DNA of 64,000 bases, from NCBI GenBank assembly GCA_963720375.1, contig CAVRFM010000015.1, positions 106,999-170,998 on the forward strand, written 5' to 3'. Position numbers and translations under genes: made by a program. The notes under the pieces are model-generated. The model did not search any database. It saw only the letters and a program-made list of their open reading frames with translations, and had not been told where the DNA came from. The DNA comes from an uncultured Chloroflexia bacterium. Its GTDB lineage: Bacteria > Chloroflexota > Dehalococcoidia > UBA2247 > RBG-13-53-26. Below are positions 31,603 through 40,651 of this stretch, in pieces. The stretch's first letter is position 1. The number at the start of each line of letters is the position of its first letter.

Positions 31603-31827
31603 ATGACGGAAGGAGCAGGCAGCGTATACGACGTAATCGAGGTCATTGGCACCAGCACCCAATCATGGGAGAAGGCTGCTGCAGTAGCAGTGGAGACGGC
31701 TGCTAAGACATTGGAGGACCTCCGCATTGCTGAGGTCGTCGAGATGGACATGCAGATCGACAACGGGAAGGTCCGTGCCTACCGCACCAAGCTAAAGCTC
31801 TCCTTCAAGTACCACCCGGAAAAGTAA
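31603..31827 (+). CDS. Dodecin-family protein
   Basis: VYDVIEVIGTSTQSWEKAA...YRTKLKLSFKY. Confidence 0.88.
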   Translation: MTEGAGSVYDVIEVIGTSTQSWEKAAAVAVETAAKTLEDLRIAEVVEMDMQIDNGKVRAYRTKLKLSFKYHPEK

Positions 31828-31855
31828 CCCTCGGACTTAGCTCTTGACTTATCTT

Positions 31856-31913
31856 TGGGGAGTGCAGAGGGGCAGAAGTCCCCTTGCCGGGGCTTGGGGT
31901 TGTCCCTCACCTT
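31856..31913 (+). repeat. Dispersed palindromic repeat, copy B (partial)
   Basis: TGGGGAGTGCAGAGGGGCAGAAGTCCCCTTGCCGGGGCTTGGGGTTGTCCCTCACCTT. Confidence 0.8.
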
Positions 31914-32010
31914 CTTGACACCCTCCCCACCTCCCATGTACGATTCGCACAGCTATTACCATCATGTCCGCGACTGCTGTAAGCAGTTCCTGAAATTAAG
32001 GGGGTGATTT

Positions 32011-32577
32011 GTGACTACTCGCTGGCCTAAGGTGAAAAGACCTGACAAGTTTGAGCACTTCTTGAATCGGGCAGAGGTTGTATCGGAAATGAGCACCTGT
32101 ATAAGAAGAAAGATAGGAGCGATTATTGTCGGCCAGGATGGTGTAGAGCTCAGCTCAGGTTATGTGGGGTCTCCGAGAACGACAGCCCATTGTATTGACA
32201 CCGGCATATGTCTCAGGCGGGAACTCAATATTCCGCCCGGTCAACGGTACGAATTGTGCCGGAGTGTCCATGCAGAACAAAACGCCATAATCAATGCCGC
32301 CAGGACGGGTATCAGCATAGTCGGCGGGGAAATGTATATTTCCAGCGAACGAAATAAGGATGCCTATGATGCCAGCCGGGGAGAAAATGACCGGATCTAC
32401 GGCCCCTGTATGATCTGCAAGAAACTGATCATTAACGCCGGGATCACCAGGGTACATATGAGAGAGCGGGGTGTCGGGGTAAAGAGCTATGATGTCACGG
32501 AGTTGAAGGAGCTGCTGGCCCAGGAGGAAGAGGAGATAAAAAGGAGTCTTCAGCCTAAAACCAAAGAGAAGAAGTAG
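32011..32577 (+). CDS. dCMP deaminase family protein
   Basis: STCIRRKIGA, HAEQNA, PCMIC. Confidence 0.9.
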   Translation: MTTRWPKVKRPDKFEHFLNRAEVVSEMSTCIRRKIGAIIVGQDGVELSSGYVGSPRTTAHCIDTGICLRRELNIPPGQRYELCRSVHAEQNAIINAARTGISIVGGEMYISSERNKDAYDASRGENDRIYGPCMICKKLIINAGITRVHMRERGVGVKSYDVTELKELLAQEEEEIKRSLQPKTKEKK

Positions 32578-32579
32578 CC

Positions 32580-33101
32580 ATGAAAGTAGTATCGATTGTG
32601 GGTATGGCAGGCTCAGGCAAATCGGAGGTAGCCAGAGTCTTCAAGAATAGCGGCTTTGTGAGAGTCAGGTTCGGCGATATTACCGATGAAGAGGTCAGGA
32701 AAAGAGGGCTGGAGCTGAACGAGAAAAACGAACGGTATGTCAGGGGACAACTGAGGAAAGAGCATGGGATGTCCGCTTATGCGAAGCTCAGCCTGCCCAA
32801 AATTGATCGCCTCCTGAAATCGGCGGATGTCGTTGTGGATGGCCTCTACTCGTGGGAAGAATACACTCTGTTGAAGGACCACTACGGCGATCGTTTTACC
32901 GTGGTGGCGGTTTGGGCCTCTCCCGAGACAAGATATCAGAGATTGACGAAAAGGCCCATCCGCCCTCTGACGCTCAAGGAAGCTGCCAGCCGGGATGTGG
33001 CGGAGATAGAAGAGCTCAGCAAAGGTGGGCCCATCGCCATGGCAGACTTCACTATCACCAACGAGTCTTCTTTAGAAGCCCTGGAAAGGCAAACCCAATA
33101 A
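32580..33101 (+). CDS. P-loop kinase (dephospho-CoA kinase/UPF0200-like)
   Basis: VGMAGSGKS, VVVDG, IAMADFTITNE. Confidence 0.8.
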   Translation: MKVVSIVGMAGSGKSEVARVFKNSGFVRVRFGDITDEEVRKRGLELNEKNERYVRGQLRKEHGMSAYAKLSLPKIDRLLKSADVVVDGLYSWEEYTLLKDHYGDRFTVVAVWASPETRYQRLTKRPIRPLTLKEAASRDVAEIEELSKGGPIAMADFTITNESSLEALERQTQ

Positions 33102-33280
33102 AGTTGTCGCAGCCCTGAAGTGATAGGAACGGCTGCATAAGGAAACATCTCCTAACGTATCGTGTTTCCTTTCGCTCAGGGGTTTGTTAATGCTGATGAC
33201 TGCCGGGTTCTTACAACTTCCGTTGGGTCTGATCTGCTCCCAGAGAGTGTCACAGACCGAATCTGGGCAAAGAACCCCCA

Positions 33281-34321
33281 CTAACTTGGCTCGGTGTGCT
33301 TGGGCTTTGATTCCAACACGGTCTTGGCTATCTCTCGGTAGCGCTCTGCTAGAGTAGGAGCGTACTGCTTTACAAAAGCAGCAATTCCAAAGAGCCTGTC
33401 TGCATCATCGGCGAATTCCCCTGGATGCTTCCCAGCCCTGTCGAACTTCGCTCTCCATATCCTGCGCGTCACACGCGGTGGCAAGACCTTCTCATTGACA
33501 ACAAGACCTGCCACGATTTGTCTGCCACCCTGCCCCACAATGCGCGTCTTTTTCGTATTCAGGCCAAAGCCGGAGTTGTTGAGGATTTTCCCTACATCAG
33601 ATACGTGTTCCTTGCCGAATTTCATTGATCCGGAGAATGCGAGATCGTCAGCGTATCTTGTGTAGGTACAACCTAGTTGACTAGCCAGGTCTAGCAATTG
33701 AAGGTCAACGGAGCGGAATACAAGGTTTGAGATAGCTGGGCTCGTTGGCGCTCCCTGCGGAAGACGTCCGTCCAAACAACATAGTGCAGCCAACTGGTGC
33801 GTAACTGGATCGTTGAAGCCAAGTTCTCCGAAGACCGCTTCCACCTGTGGAAACTTTATGCTCGGGAAGAACTCCTTGATATCGACGACCATAAGGTTCC
33901 TGTTGCTCGAATGTGCTTTCCCGTTGTCAAATATGCTGCGGTTCTTTGCAAAACCCATAACGCAATCTGGCAGATTGCCCTTAAGGCATATGTTCTCATT
34001 GATCCATCTCTGAATGACCTTGAGAAATCTTCGCGGTGCCTCGATCTGTCTAGTGCCTCCTGAACTCTTTGGAACTTTGTAGATCCTGTAGAATCGAGCT
34101 GGGTTGATCTGCATGAGCCAGATCAGGCGGTGTGAGACACCGAAGAGATAAGGCAGACAATCTGGGGTTGCTAGTGGCGGCAATCCCTTGCCAAATAGCT
34201 CATCGGCCTTGGATCGCTCCTCCGGTTTGAACTCAAGCTCAGCTGACAGAATGTCAATCGAATGTTGGCCTCCTGGTAGGGAGACGTGAGGGGGCAAGGA
34301 GATTGCAGTCGTCATTTCCAA
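33281..34321 (-). CDS. Retron-type reverse transcriptase
   Basis: KSSGGTRQIEAP, region-X NGKAH (NAxxH-like), DIKEFFPSI, LPQGAPTSPAISN, YTRYADD, region-Y QIVAGLVVN (VTG-like); no maturase or endonuclease domain. Confidence 0.92.
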   Translation of the reverse strand: MEMTTAISLPPHVSLPGGQHSIDILSAELEFKPEERSKADELFGKGLPPLATPDCLPYLFGVSHRLIWLMQINPARFYRIYKVPKSSGGTRQIEAPRRFLKVIQRWINENICLKGNLPDCVMGFAKNRSIFDNGKAHSSNRNLMVVDIKEFFPSIKFPQVEAVFGELGFNDPVTHQLAALCCLDGRLPQGAPTSPAISNLVFRSVDLQLLDLASQLGCTYTRYADDLAFSGSMKFGKEHVSDVGKILNNSGFGLNTKKTRIVGQGGRQIVAGLVVNEKVLPPRVTRRIWRAKFDRAGKHPGEFADDADRLFGIAAFVKQYAPTLAERYREIAKTVLESKPKHTEPS

Positions 34322-34457
34322 TCAGTGTAAATCGATTGCTCAGTATTCGTAGCGAAGCGCAGCATAGCGCAGCATAGCAAGCTTCGCTACGAATTCTTCT
34401 ATCTGGGATCTTTCACTATGGGCGGCGAACCGCCGCCCCAAACCGAATCTCTTGTCC
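34295..34457 (-). ncRNA. Candidate retron msr-msd RNA
   Basis: On the minus strand a GC hairpin (34420-34438) precedes a perfect 14-bp hairpin (34345-34358/34381-34394); imperfect flanking IR 34446-34457 vs 34292-34304; directly upstream of RT. Confidence 0.65.
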
Positions 34458-34757
34458 TTACCCCCTCTTGGTCTGTTCCACCAGATGCAGCATTCTCAGA
34501 ACGTCACGTCTCTTGGTCAGCTTTGAACTGCCGAACATCTTGAGGCCATTGAATGTAACGACGTACCGATCGTCGGGCAACCTTCGCACCTTGCCGTCAG
34601 CCATCAACAATTCGAGGAACTCCTTGACTGACTTGCTCTTCACTTGCTTCGCAAGCTGCTTGTCCAGTTCTTCGTCACTGGCTGGCTGAAGCACATTCAC
34701 TACGTTCATCACAAGGACTGATTCACGTGCCTCACGCAATGCGTCTGCTTCCTGCAT
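34458..34757 (-). CDS. wHTH-like protein resembling the C-terminal domain of the Ec86-type retron effector
   Basis: LMADGKV...YVVTFNG...RDVLRM parallels the recalled Ec86 effector C-terminus (LINERKI...YQVTALG...LDRLRL). Confidence 0.7.
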   Translation of the reverse strand: MQEADALREARESVLVMNVVNVLQPASDEELDKQLAKQVKSKSVKEFLELLMADGKVRRLPDDRYVVTFNGLKMFGSSKLTKRRDVLRMLHLVEQTKRG

Positions 34758-34770
34758 TTTCCCACACCGT

Positions 34771-35340
34771 TCAAGTCTTATGTATCATTTTCGCCCTGGC
34801 GATGTCAATAGCCTTGGAGAGTTCCGTCCACGCACGATTTGGTCTGCCGTAGTCAACATACCGAATTGTTGCATGGTTGTGGTCTGCCGCCTTCAGAGGG
34901 CCTTGGCAAAGATACGATCTCGCGCCTTTGTGTTTCTTGTTGAATAGGATAAGCATTCGCGGACAGATACCCTCATTGGTCGCAAAGTAGCCAAGCTCTG
35001 CGAAAGATCCTGGACTATCCGGTATGATTGCTACGACATTACATACTTGCGCTACCAGTAACTCATATTTGGTTAGATCGAATCCCTTGCCGAGACGTTC
35101 CTTAGCAAACTTCCTCGCTTTCCGTTCAATTTCTTTATGCTCTGTTATTACCTCCAGTGACTGCACCTCACAACGTTGCGCGAGATCTTTCCGCAGAGCC
35201 CCACCTTCAGACATGGCGCTGTTGTCTTCTTTCTCCATTGAAGGACCCATGATAAATACCGATGGCCTAAGAGAACTCAGGTACTCACCAATCTCGGTTT
35301 CAAACTTGTAGTTCCAGTCCTGAGTACTAGCAGTAGTCAC
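34771..35340 (-). CDS. Retron effector, nucleoside deoxyribosyltransferase-like (St85 RcaT/Ec86 family)
   Basis: VFIMG, IPDSPGSFAELGYF, RSYLCQGP motifs; next to retron RT. Confidence 0.85.
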   Translation of the reverse strand: MTTASTQDWNYKFETEIGEYLSSLRPSVFIMGPSMEKEDNSAMSEGGALRKDLAQRCEVQSLEVITEHKEIERKARKFAKERLGKGFDLTKYELLVAQVCNVVAIIPDSPGSFAELGYFATNEGICPRMLILFNKKHKGARSYLCQGPLKAADHNHATIRYVDYGRPNRAWTELSKAIDIARAKMIHKT

Positions 35341-35528
35341 TTATGAGTCTCCAAAAGCTATGTCAGTGAGTCTGCCAGGGGCCAACAAATAAACGCCTTA
35401 CCAAGAACCAGAATCAACCTGGTCGGATGATACGCCAGAACAGGCTCAAAGCCACCTCGGGGCAACTATCCAAGACTCACCACCCAGGCATCCTGGGATC
35501 TCTGCGTGGCTTTGGCTCAATTGGCAAG

Positions 35529-35557
35529 AATCTACAACAAAGGAAGCCTACTGTCAA
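35529..35557 (-). promoter_or_regulatory. Probable retron operon promoter
   Basis: Minus strand TTGACA-N17-TAGATT. Confidence 0.6.
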
Positions 35558-35903
35558 TGCTGGGGTTGCCGACAATATGCAGAGTGTTATCTCCCTTTCA
35601 ACCGCTTGATGAAACGGTTTCCTTGTGCTATACAAATGCACTGGGGTGAAACAAGCAGTAGTGACAGAAAGACAACGGACAATCCCACTTCGAGGTAGTC
35701 ATACTCGCTATGTGCAAGTGAATATTTGAGGTACATATGATATTAAGGCATGACGAAAGAACAAAGTCCGATTCTTTCGAAGAGACCATTATTGACGTGG
35801 AGACTATCGGGGAGTTCAACAAGAGAGAATGGAGACACCCCTTCCCAATGACTTTTTCTGAATTGGATATCCAACATGAGAACTCCAGCCAACAGGGGAC
35901 TCT

Positions 35904-36710
35904 ATGAAGAAAGCTAAGGAAATTCTGGAACGATATGAAGCCATTTTGGGGGCTCTCGATGAATCAGGGAACGAACTAAGGTTTGGTAGAGGAACGGTAG
36001 GTATCGCTGATATATCTCAGCAGTTCTACTGTGAAAAGCAATTGGAATTGGATTATGTACGTCAACTAGAACCCAGCGAAGAAATGATCCTGGGTCAGGG
36101 TGGGCACGAGAACGCTATCGCCCTAGCTGTACCAGTCACTACAGAAGAAGCGGTACAAGATGCCGTCACAAGGAGAGAGGAGGCTACCTGTATTTATGAG
36201 TTTGGCATAGCGTGGCATCATAGAGGAGTGCCAATTCTTGGGAGAGTGGATGAAGCTTGGTTCAGATCTGGCAATGTGGAGTTGGTTGTGGAGCGCAAGT
36301 TTACCGAGAGCCTACGCCCATTCGATGGTCATCTGGCCCAGGCAAGACTCTACTGCTTGGGGCTGGAAGGTATGGGCTTTGATACACCTTCAACGCGGCA
36401 CACCATTCTAACGTTCAGACGGATTTGCCACACTTGCCCAAAGCTGGTAGATAGGACATGTCCGATATTTGAGCACGATAGAAAAGAGTTCCACTGTAAG
36501 AAGGGCCAAGTCAGAGCATTCTCGTATCCCTTCGATAGGAAGAGGGCCACTGATGAACTGGACTGGGCTCTCGATTATTGGCTGAGCAAGAGAGATGCTA
36601 TCCCTTCCAGAAAACCCGCCAAATGTCATGTATGCCGCCACAAAAGCTGCTGTGAAGACTCACTGGCGGAGGATGATTCGTTATCCAATTCATTACTCCA
36701 GTTGTTCTGA
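35904..36710 (+). CDS. Solo Cas4/Exo5-like PD-(D/E)XK nuclease with Fe-S cysteines
   Basis: ISQQFYCE, GRVDE, VERK, QARLY, C-terminal CHVCRHKSCC. Confidence 0.8.
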   Translation: MKKAKEILERYEAILGALDESGNELRFGRGTVGIADISQQFYCEKQLELDYVRQLEPSEEMILGQGGHENAIALAVPVTTEEAVQDAVTRREEATCIYEFGIAWHHRGVPILGRVDEAWFRSGNVELVVERKFTESLRPFDGHLAQARLYCLGLEGMGFDTPSTRHTILTFRRICHTCPKLVDRTCPIFEHDRKEFHCKKGQVRAFSYPFDRKRATDELDWALDYWLSKRDAIPSRKPAKCHVCRHKSCCEDSLAEDDSLSNSLLQLF

Positions 36711-37250
36711 AGTTACCCCCTAGACTCATGTTATCGATAGGGCTGAGTCTCTGATGCGCCTTCGCCGCATCCTCAGCATTACACTGCCCCAACGGCGCCT
36801 TGTAGAGATTCAGGCTGCTCCTGAGTCCCAATTATGCTAACGATTTGCCAACAGACCGAATGATACTGGTTGGCATTCTACGAACAAAATCATCACCAAC
36901 CCGCTGACACAACGGAAGTACTGCCTTGTGCGTAAGATCACGCTTGGCATGATATCCGCTAGACTGAAAATTCCATCGTTACGTGTTTTCGAGCGTGAAG
37001 TACTTCGCACAAAATCCTCTTTGAGATAGCATACATGATTGAAGGACGATTAAGAGGGGATTGAATGAAGGCGAGAAGATGGCGAAGCCTCATCTAATAA
37101 TGGTTCGAGAGAGTCCCAGGGCGTTTGCCTGCCTCATCCGGGCTTTCAGGCCTCTATCATCCATGGCCGGGATGGCCCCGATACCGACCTGGCGGAGCCT
37201 GGCAGAACTTCGGTCTATCCTTGAACATGACGGACCTCGTGAGCTAAAAA

Positions 37251-37396
37251 TTCTAATCATTTTCTAAGCATTCTCTAATCTATTTCCAATGCAAGATGGA
37301 GTTTCGTTCCGTATACTGAGGGTGTATTAGAGAGGATACCCCCCCCGCTCTAAGACAAGAGAAGCCCATCCGAAAAGCTGGGCTTTCTTCTTGTCT
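37251..37396 (+). ncRNA. Putative TCS-regulated sRNA gene, copy 1
   Basis: Four 11-bp-phased boxes, TATACT 37312, C-rich hairpin 37327-37353, terminator to 37396; paralog at 39671. Confidence 0.6.
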
Positions 37397-37623
37397 ATAA
37401 AGCGATCATCCCGGCGGTGACTTGTAGAAATGGAGAATGTGATGGAAGGTCATGCTCCTGGAGTGCTTTCCGCGAGGCCCTTTATATCCAAGCCTCTGCA
37501 CCAATACGGTACATGCCGGGCGTGGCTCATTGCAGGTCGTTTGACCTGGATACTGCCGTGGTCTATCATTGCCCCCAACGGGGCGGAACACAGAATGGAT
37601 GCGCAGTCAGCGTGGAGGATAAC

Positions 37624-38289
37624 ATGCGTATTCTAGTTGTCGACGACGATCCTGAAATAGTGAGCTTCCTCAAACGGGGCCTGACGTACGAGGGCTATAC
37701 CGTCGACACGGCCGGTGACGGTAGAGAGGCGTTAGCCAAAGTCCTGGAGAGAGAACCTGACCTTGTCGTTCTGGATATCATGATGCCTGGCATTGATGGT
37801 ATAGAAGTGAGCAAGCGACTCCGTCAGGCAAGTGAGATCCCCATCTTGATGCTTACCGCGAAGGGCACTGTCACTGACAGGGTGGCCGGGCTCGACAGCG
37901 GTGCGGATGACTACCTGGTCAAGCCTTTTGCCTTTGATGAGCTACTGGCAAGGATAAGGGCTTTGCTCAGGCGCGGCCGGCCCACGGAGGGAGAAGTCCT
38001 TCGGTTCATGGACCTTTCGCTGAGCACTGCCACCAGAGAGGTAAGGCGCGGAAACGATATGATACACCTTACTGCCCAGGAGTTCGAACTGCTCGAGCTT
38101 TTTATGCGCCATCCGCGGCAGGTGCTCAAGAGGGACATGATCTATGAGAAAGTGTGGGGGTATGACTTCGGCGGCGAATCCAATGTCATAGAGGTCTATA
38201 TGCGCTACCTGCGTTCAAAGCTGGAGGCCGGAGGCCAGCCCAGGTTGATTCATACGGTTCGCGGCGTTGGCTACGTTCTAAAGGAATAG
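37624..38289 (+). CDS. OmpR/MprA-family response regulator
   Basis: [35 protein letters not shown]; GGAGG RBS. Confidence 0.95.
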   Translation: MRILVVDDDPEIVSFLKRGLTYEGYTVDTAGDGREALAKVLEREPDLVVLDIMMPGIDGIEVSKRLRQASEIPILMLTAKGTVTDRVAGLDSGADDYLVKPFAFDELLARIRALLRRGRPTEGEVLRFMDLSLSTATREVRRGNDMIHLTAQEFELLELFMRHPRQVLKRDMIYEKVWGYDFGGESNVIEVYMRYLRSKLEAGGQPRLIHTVRGVGYVLKE

Positions 38290-38293
38290 TGGC

Positions 38294-39676
38294 ATGTCAA
38301 TTCGCTGGCGATTGACTCTTTGGTTTACCCTCATACTGGGCGTTATCATTCTGTTCTTTGGAGCATTTTTCTTCGTCGCGCTGCAGAACTGGCTTGTTGC
38401 ACAGGTAGACGGCAACCTGAAGGTCTATTCAACACAAGTGCATGCCACAATGCCCTCCGGTGAAAGCACCGGGCCTCTCGATTACGACGTTATCCACTCC
38501 AGTCTGCCTCCCATAAATGAGATCGAGTCTCCAGGGATTTTTGTCCAGATTATAGACAGCAGTGACAATGTGGTGGTGAAATCGGACAACCTTGGCGATC
38601 AGGAGCTGCCGGCTGCCCCGTCGTTGATAGTAGCGGGATTCAGCGGAAGGGAGGATTTTCAGACGGTTTCTTCCGGCAATACCAGGGTCCGTATTATGGT
38701 TTCGCCCTTGTATTTGGAGAACCAGACTCTGGTTCTGGAGGTAGCGCAATCCCTGGCATCCACAGATGCCGCTATTGGACGCGTCGGACTGGCTGTTTTG
38801 ATTAGTATGGGGGTGATTTTGACACTGGCATTGATATCGGGGGCGATTCTGGTCCGCCGGGCGCTTTCTCCCGTAAAACGTATCACCACCACGGCTCAGG
38901 GTATCTCCTCAAGTTCTGATCTCAGCCGCCGGGTTGGCTACCGCGGCCCGGCAGATGAGATCGGACAACTCGCCACTACCTTCGACCACATGATCGAGCG
39001 CCTGGATAAAGCTTTTCAATCTCAGAAGGACTTCGTGGCTGATGCCTCCCATGAGTTGAGAGGTCCACTGACCGTCATTCAGGGCAATCTGGATTTGCTG
39101 AAACGTAATCTCAGCGAGGAAGACCGCCGGGAATCGGTGCGGGCTCTTGAGGCAGAGACAGCGAGGATGACCAAAATAATGAGCAACCTTCTCGTTCTGG
39201 CTGAACTTGAATCAGGTCAGTTGGAACGGCGAGAGATGGTCTCACTGAAGGAGATGCTTCTTGATGCCGGGGAACGGGCGATGCACCTGGCCGGAGACCG
39301 GCGGATTGTGATAGAACGTCAGGAGGACCTGTGGGTAAAGGGAGATGCAGACAGACTGGAGCAGGTTTTGAGGAATCTGGTAGACAATGCCATCAGGTAT
39401 ACTCCGGAGGGAGGCACCATCACCCTGTCGCTGTTTCAGAACGGTGATTGGGCGCTCTTGAGGGTAGCTGATACCGGAATAGGAATATCTCCTGAGCACC
39501 TGCCGCATATCTTCGACCGTTTCTACCGGGCCGACAAGGCCCGCTCCAGAGCGAGCGGGGGGACAGGTCTGGGGCTGGCTATTGTCAAGGGAATTGTGGA
39601 GCAGCACGGAGGAAGGGTTACTGTGACCAGTGAGCCGGGCAAAGGCAGCACATTCACCGTCTGGCTGAAACTCTAA
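38294..39676 (+). CDS. HAMP sensor histidine kinase
   Basis: Two TMs, DASHELRGPL, NLVDNAIRY, DTGIGI, GTGLGL. Confidence 0.95.
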   Translation: MSIRWRLTLWFTLILGVIILFFGAFFFVALQNWLVAQVDGNLKVYSTQVHATMPSGESTGPLDYDVIHSSLPPINEIESPGIFVQIIDSSDNVVVKSDNLGDQELPAAPSLIVAGFSGREDFQTVSSGNTRVRIMVSPLYLENQTLVLEVAQSLASTDAAIGRVGLAVLISMGVILTLALISGAILVRRALSPVKRITTTAQGISSSSDLSRRVGYRGPADEIGQLATTFDHMIERLDKAFQSQKDFVADASHELRGPLTVIQGNLDLLKRNLSEEDRRESVRALEAETARMTKIMSNLLVLAELESGQLERREMVSLKEMLLDAGERAMHLAGDRRIVIERQEDLWVKGDADRLEQVLRNLVDNAIRYTPEGGTITLSLFQNGDWALLRVADTGIGISPEHLPHIFDRFYRADKARSRASGGTGLGLAIVKGIVEQHGGRVTVTSEPGKGSTFTVWLKL

Positions 39677-39800
39677 TCATCTTCTAAGCATTTTCCAATC
39701 CAGTCCTAAGCTTTGCCCGGTATACTGAAGGTGCTCATGAAAGGTTACCCCCCTTTCTAGGCAATAGAAGCCCACCTGCAACAGGTGGGCTTTCTTGTTT
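39671..39800 (+). ncRNA. Putative TCS-regulated sRNA gene, copy 2
   Basis: Four 11-bp-phased boxes, N10, TATACT 39721, hairpin GAAAGG-TTACCCC-CCTTTC, terminator GCCCACCTG-CAA-CAGGTGGGC-TTTCTT. Confidence 0.6.
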
Positions 39801-40063
39801 GTCCTCTTATCCCACCAGCGCCTTGCAGAGCTCTGAGCTGTCCTCAACCCACATGTTCCTGGTATGGCCCCATCTCCAGATACTGCGCACCGGAAACAGG
39901 GTTGGCAGGGTGTAGGCCTGTGTTCAGGATGACGTATCTGTGGTATAATTATCACAGAAGATTAGTGCACTGACGAACTGCATTGCAGGAAGTGGTGACG
40001 GGCGGCCAACCCGGTTTGGAGGGCAATAGGCCGGTAGATCAAGAATATCGAGGGGTTAGGGCA

Positions 40064-40150
40064 ATGGGCGCATTCGTTATGTTCATGTGCTGTGTTATTC
40101 TGACCTGGCATTTCGTAATACCAGTGATATGGAAGATGAAGAACGGTTAG
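40064..40150 (+). CDS. Putative 28-aa single-TM peptide
   Basis: MGAFVMFMCCVILTWHFVIPVIWKMKNG; GAGGGG upstream; TATAAT near 39944. Confidence 0.4.
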   Translation: MGAFVMFMCCVILTWHFVIPVIWKMKNG

Positions 40151-40262
40151 CGCTGGGACGTTAGAGGTAAGCGGGAGTTGTGGAGAGCCTCCAGCTCACA
40201 ATCCCTGTTTGAGAGAGGCCAGCTTTCAACCTCAGGATGCCTTTTGAGCAGTCTCTCAATCC

Positions 40263-40445
40263 CTACCGCTGCTTCTTGCGATAGACGTTCAGGCCAACTA
40301 CTTCAGTGCGCCCAGGCAGCGGGAAATTGCCTTCGGTTGAGGCAATGATGATGGTTTTACCAGAGGACGATGGCCCGAACTCCTTGGTCAAGTCCACCGT
40401 GATAGTGAGGGTGTTGCCGTTTACGGAAAGCTGAACATTCTTCAC
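40263..40445 (-). CDS. Small hypothetical protein
   Basis: GGAGG RBS; compact beta-rich SSSGKTIIIASTEGN sequence. Confidence 0.8.
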   Translation of the reverse strand: MKNVQLSVNGNTLTITVDLTKEFGPSSSGKTIIIASTEGNFPLPGRTEVVGLNVYRKKQR

Positions 40446-40651
40446 AAATAACCTCCGGTCCGGTAAAGTGCCTGCATTCTACAGCGCGCAAACCAGAGAA
40501 GCGAGGGGGTGTGCTCTATGTGAAAGCCCTCGTTCTGCAGCCAGGGCACAGCCATAAGGCTTTCCGCAACGCCTATAGAGGCCGCCGCCAGCAGGCTATG
40601 GTGGCAGGTGAAGGGCGGGGGCCACCTCAAGTGACCCCCGTAGTACTGAGC

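Noticed and set aside
33281-34321. Group II intron or DGR reverse transcriptase
   Set aside because: Short RT with retron X/Y motifs and an NDT neighbour; no maturase domain, TR/VR pair or avd
35341-37250. CRISPR array or cas operon near the Cas4-like gene
   Set aside because: No repeat-spacer periodicity and no cas1/cas2 seen
37061-37267. 68-aa ORF upstream of sRNA copy 1
   Set aside because: No recognisable motifs and it runs into the regulatory boxes
37417-37623. Cys-rich N-terminal extension of the response regulator
   Set aside because: GGAGG RBS and canonical MRILVVDDD start at 37624
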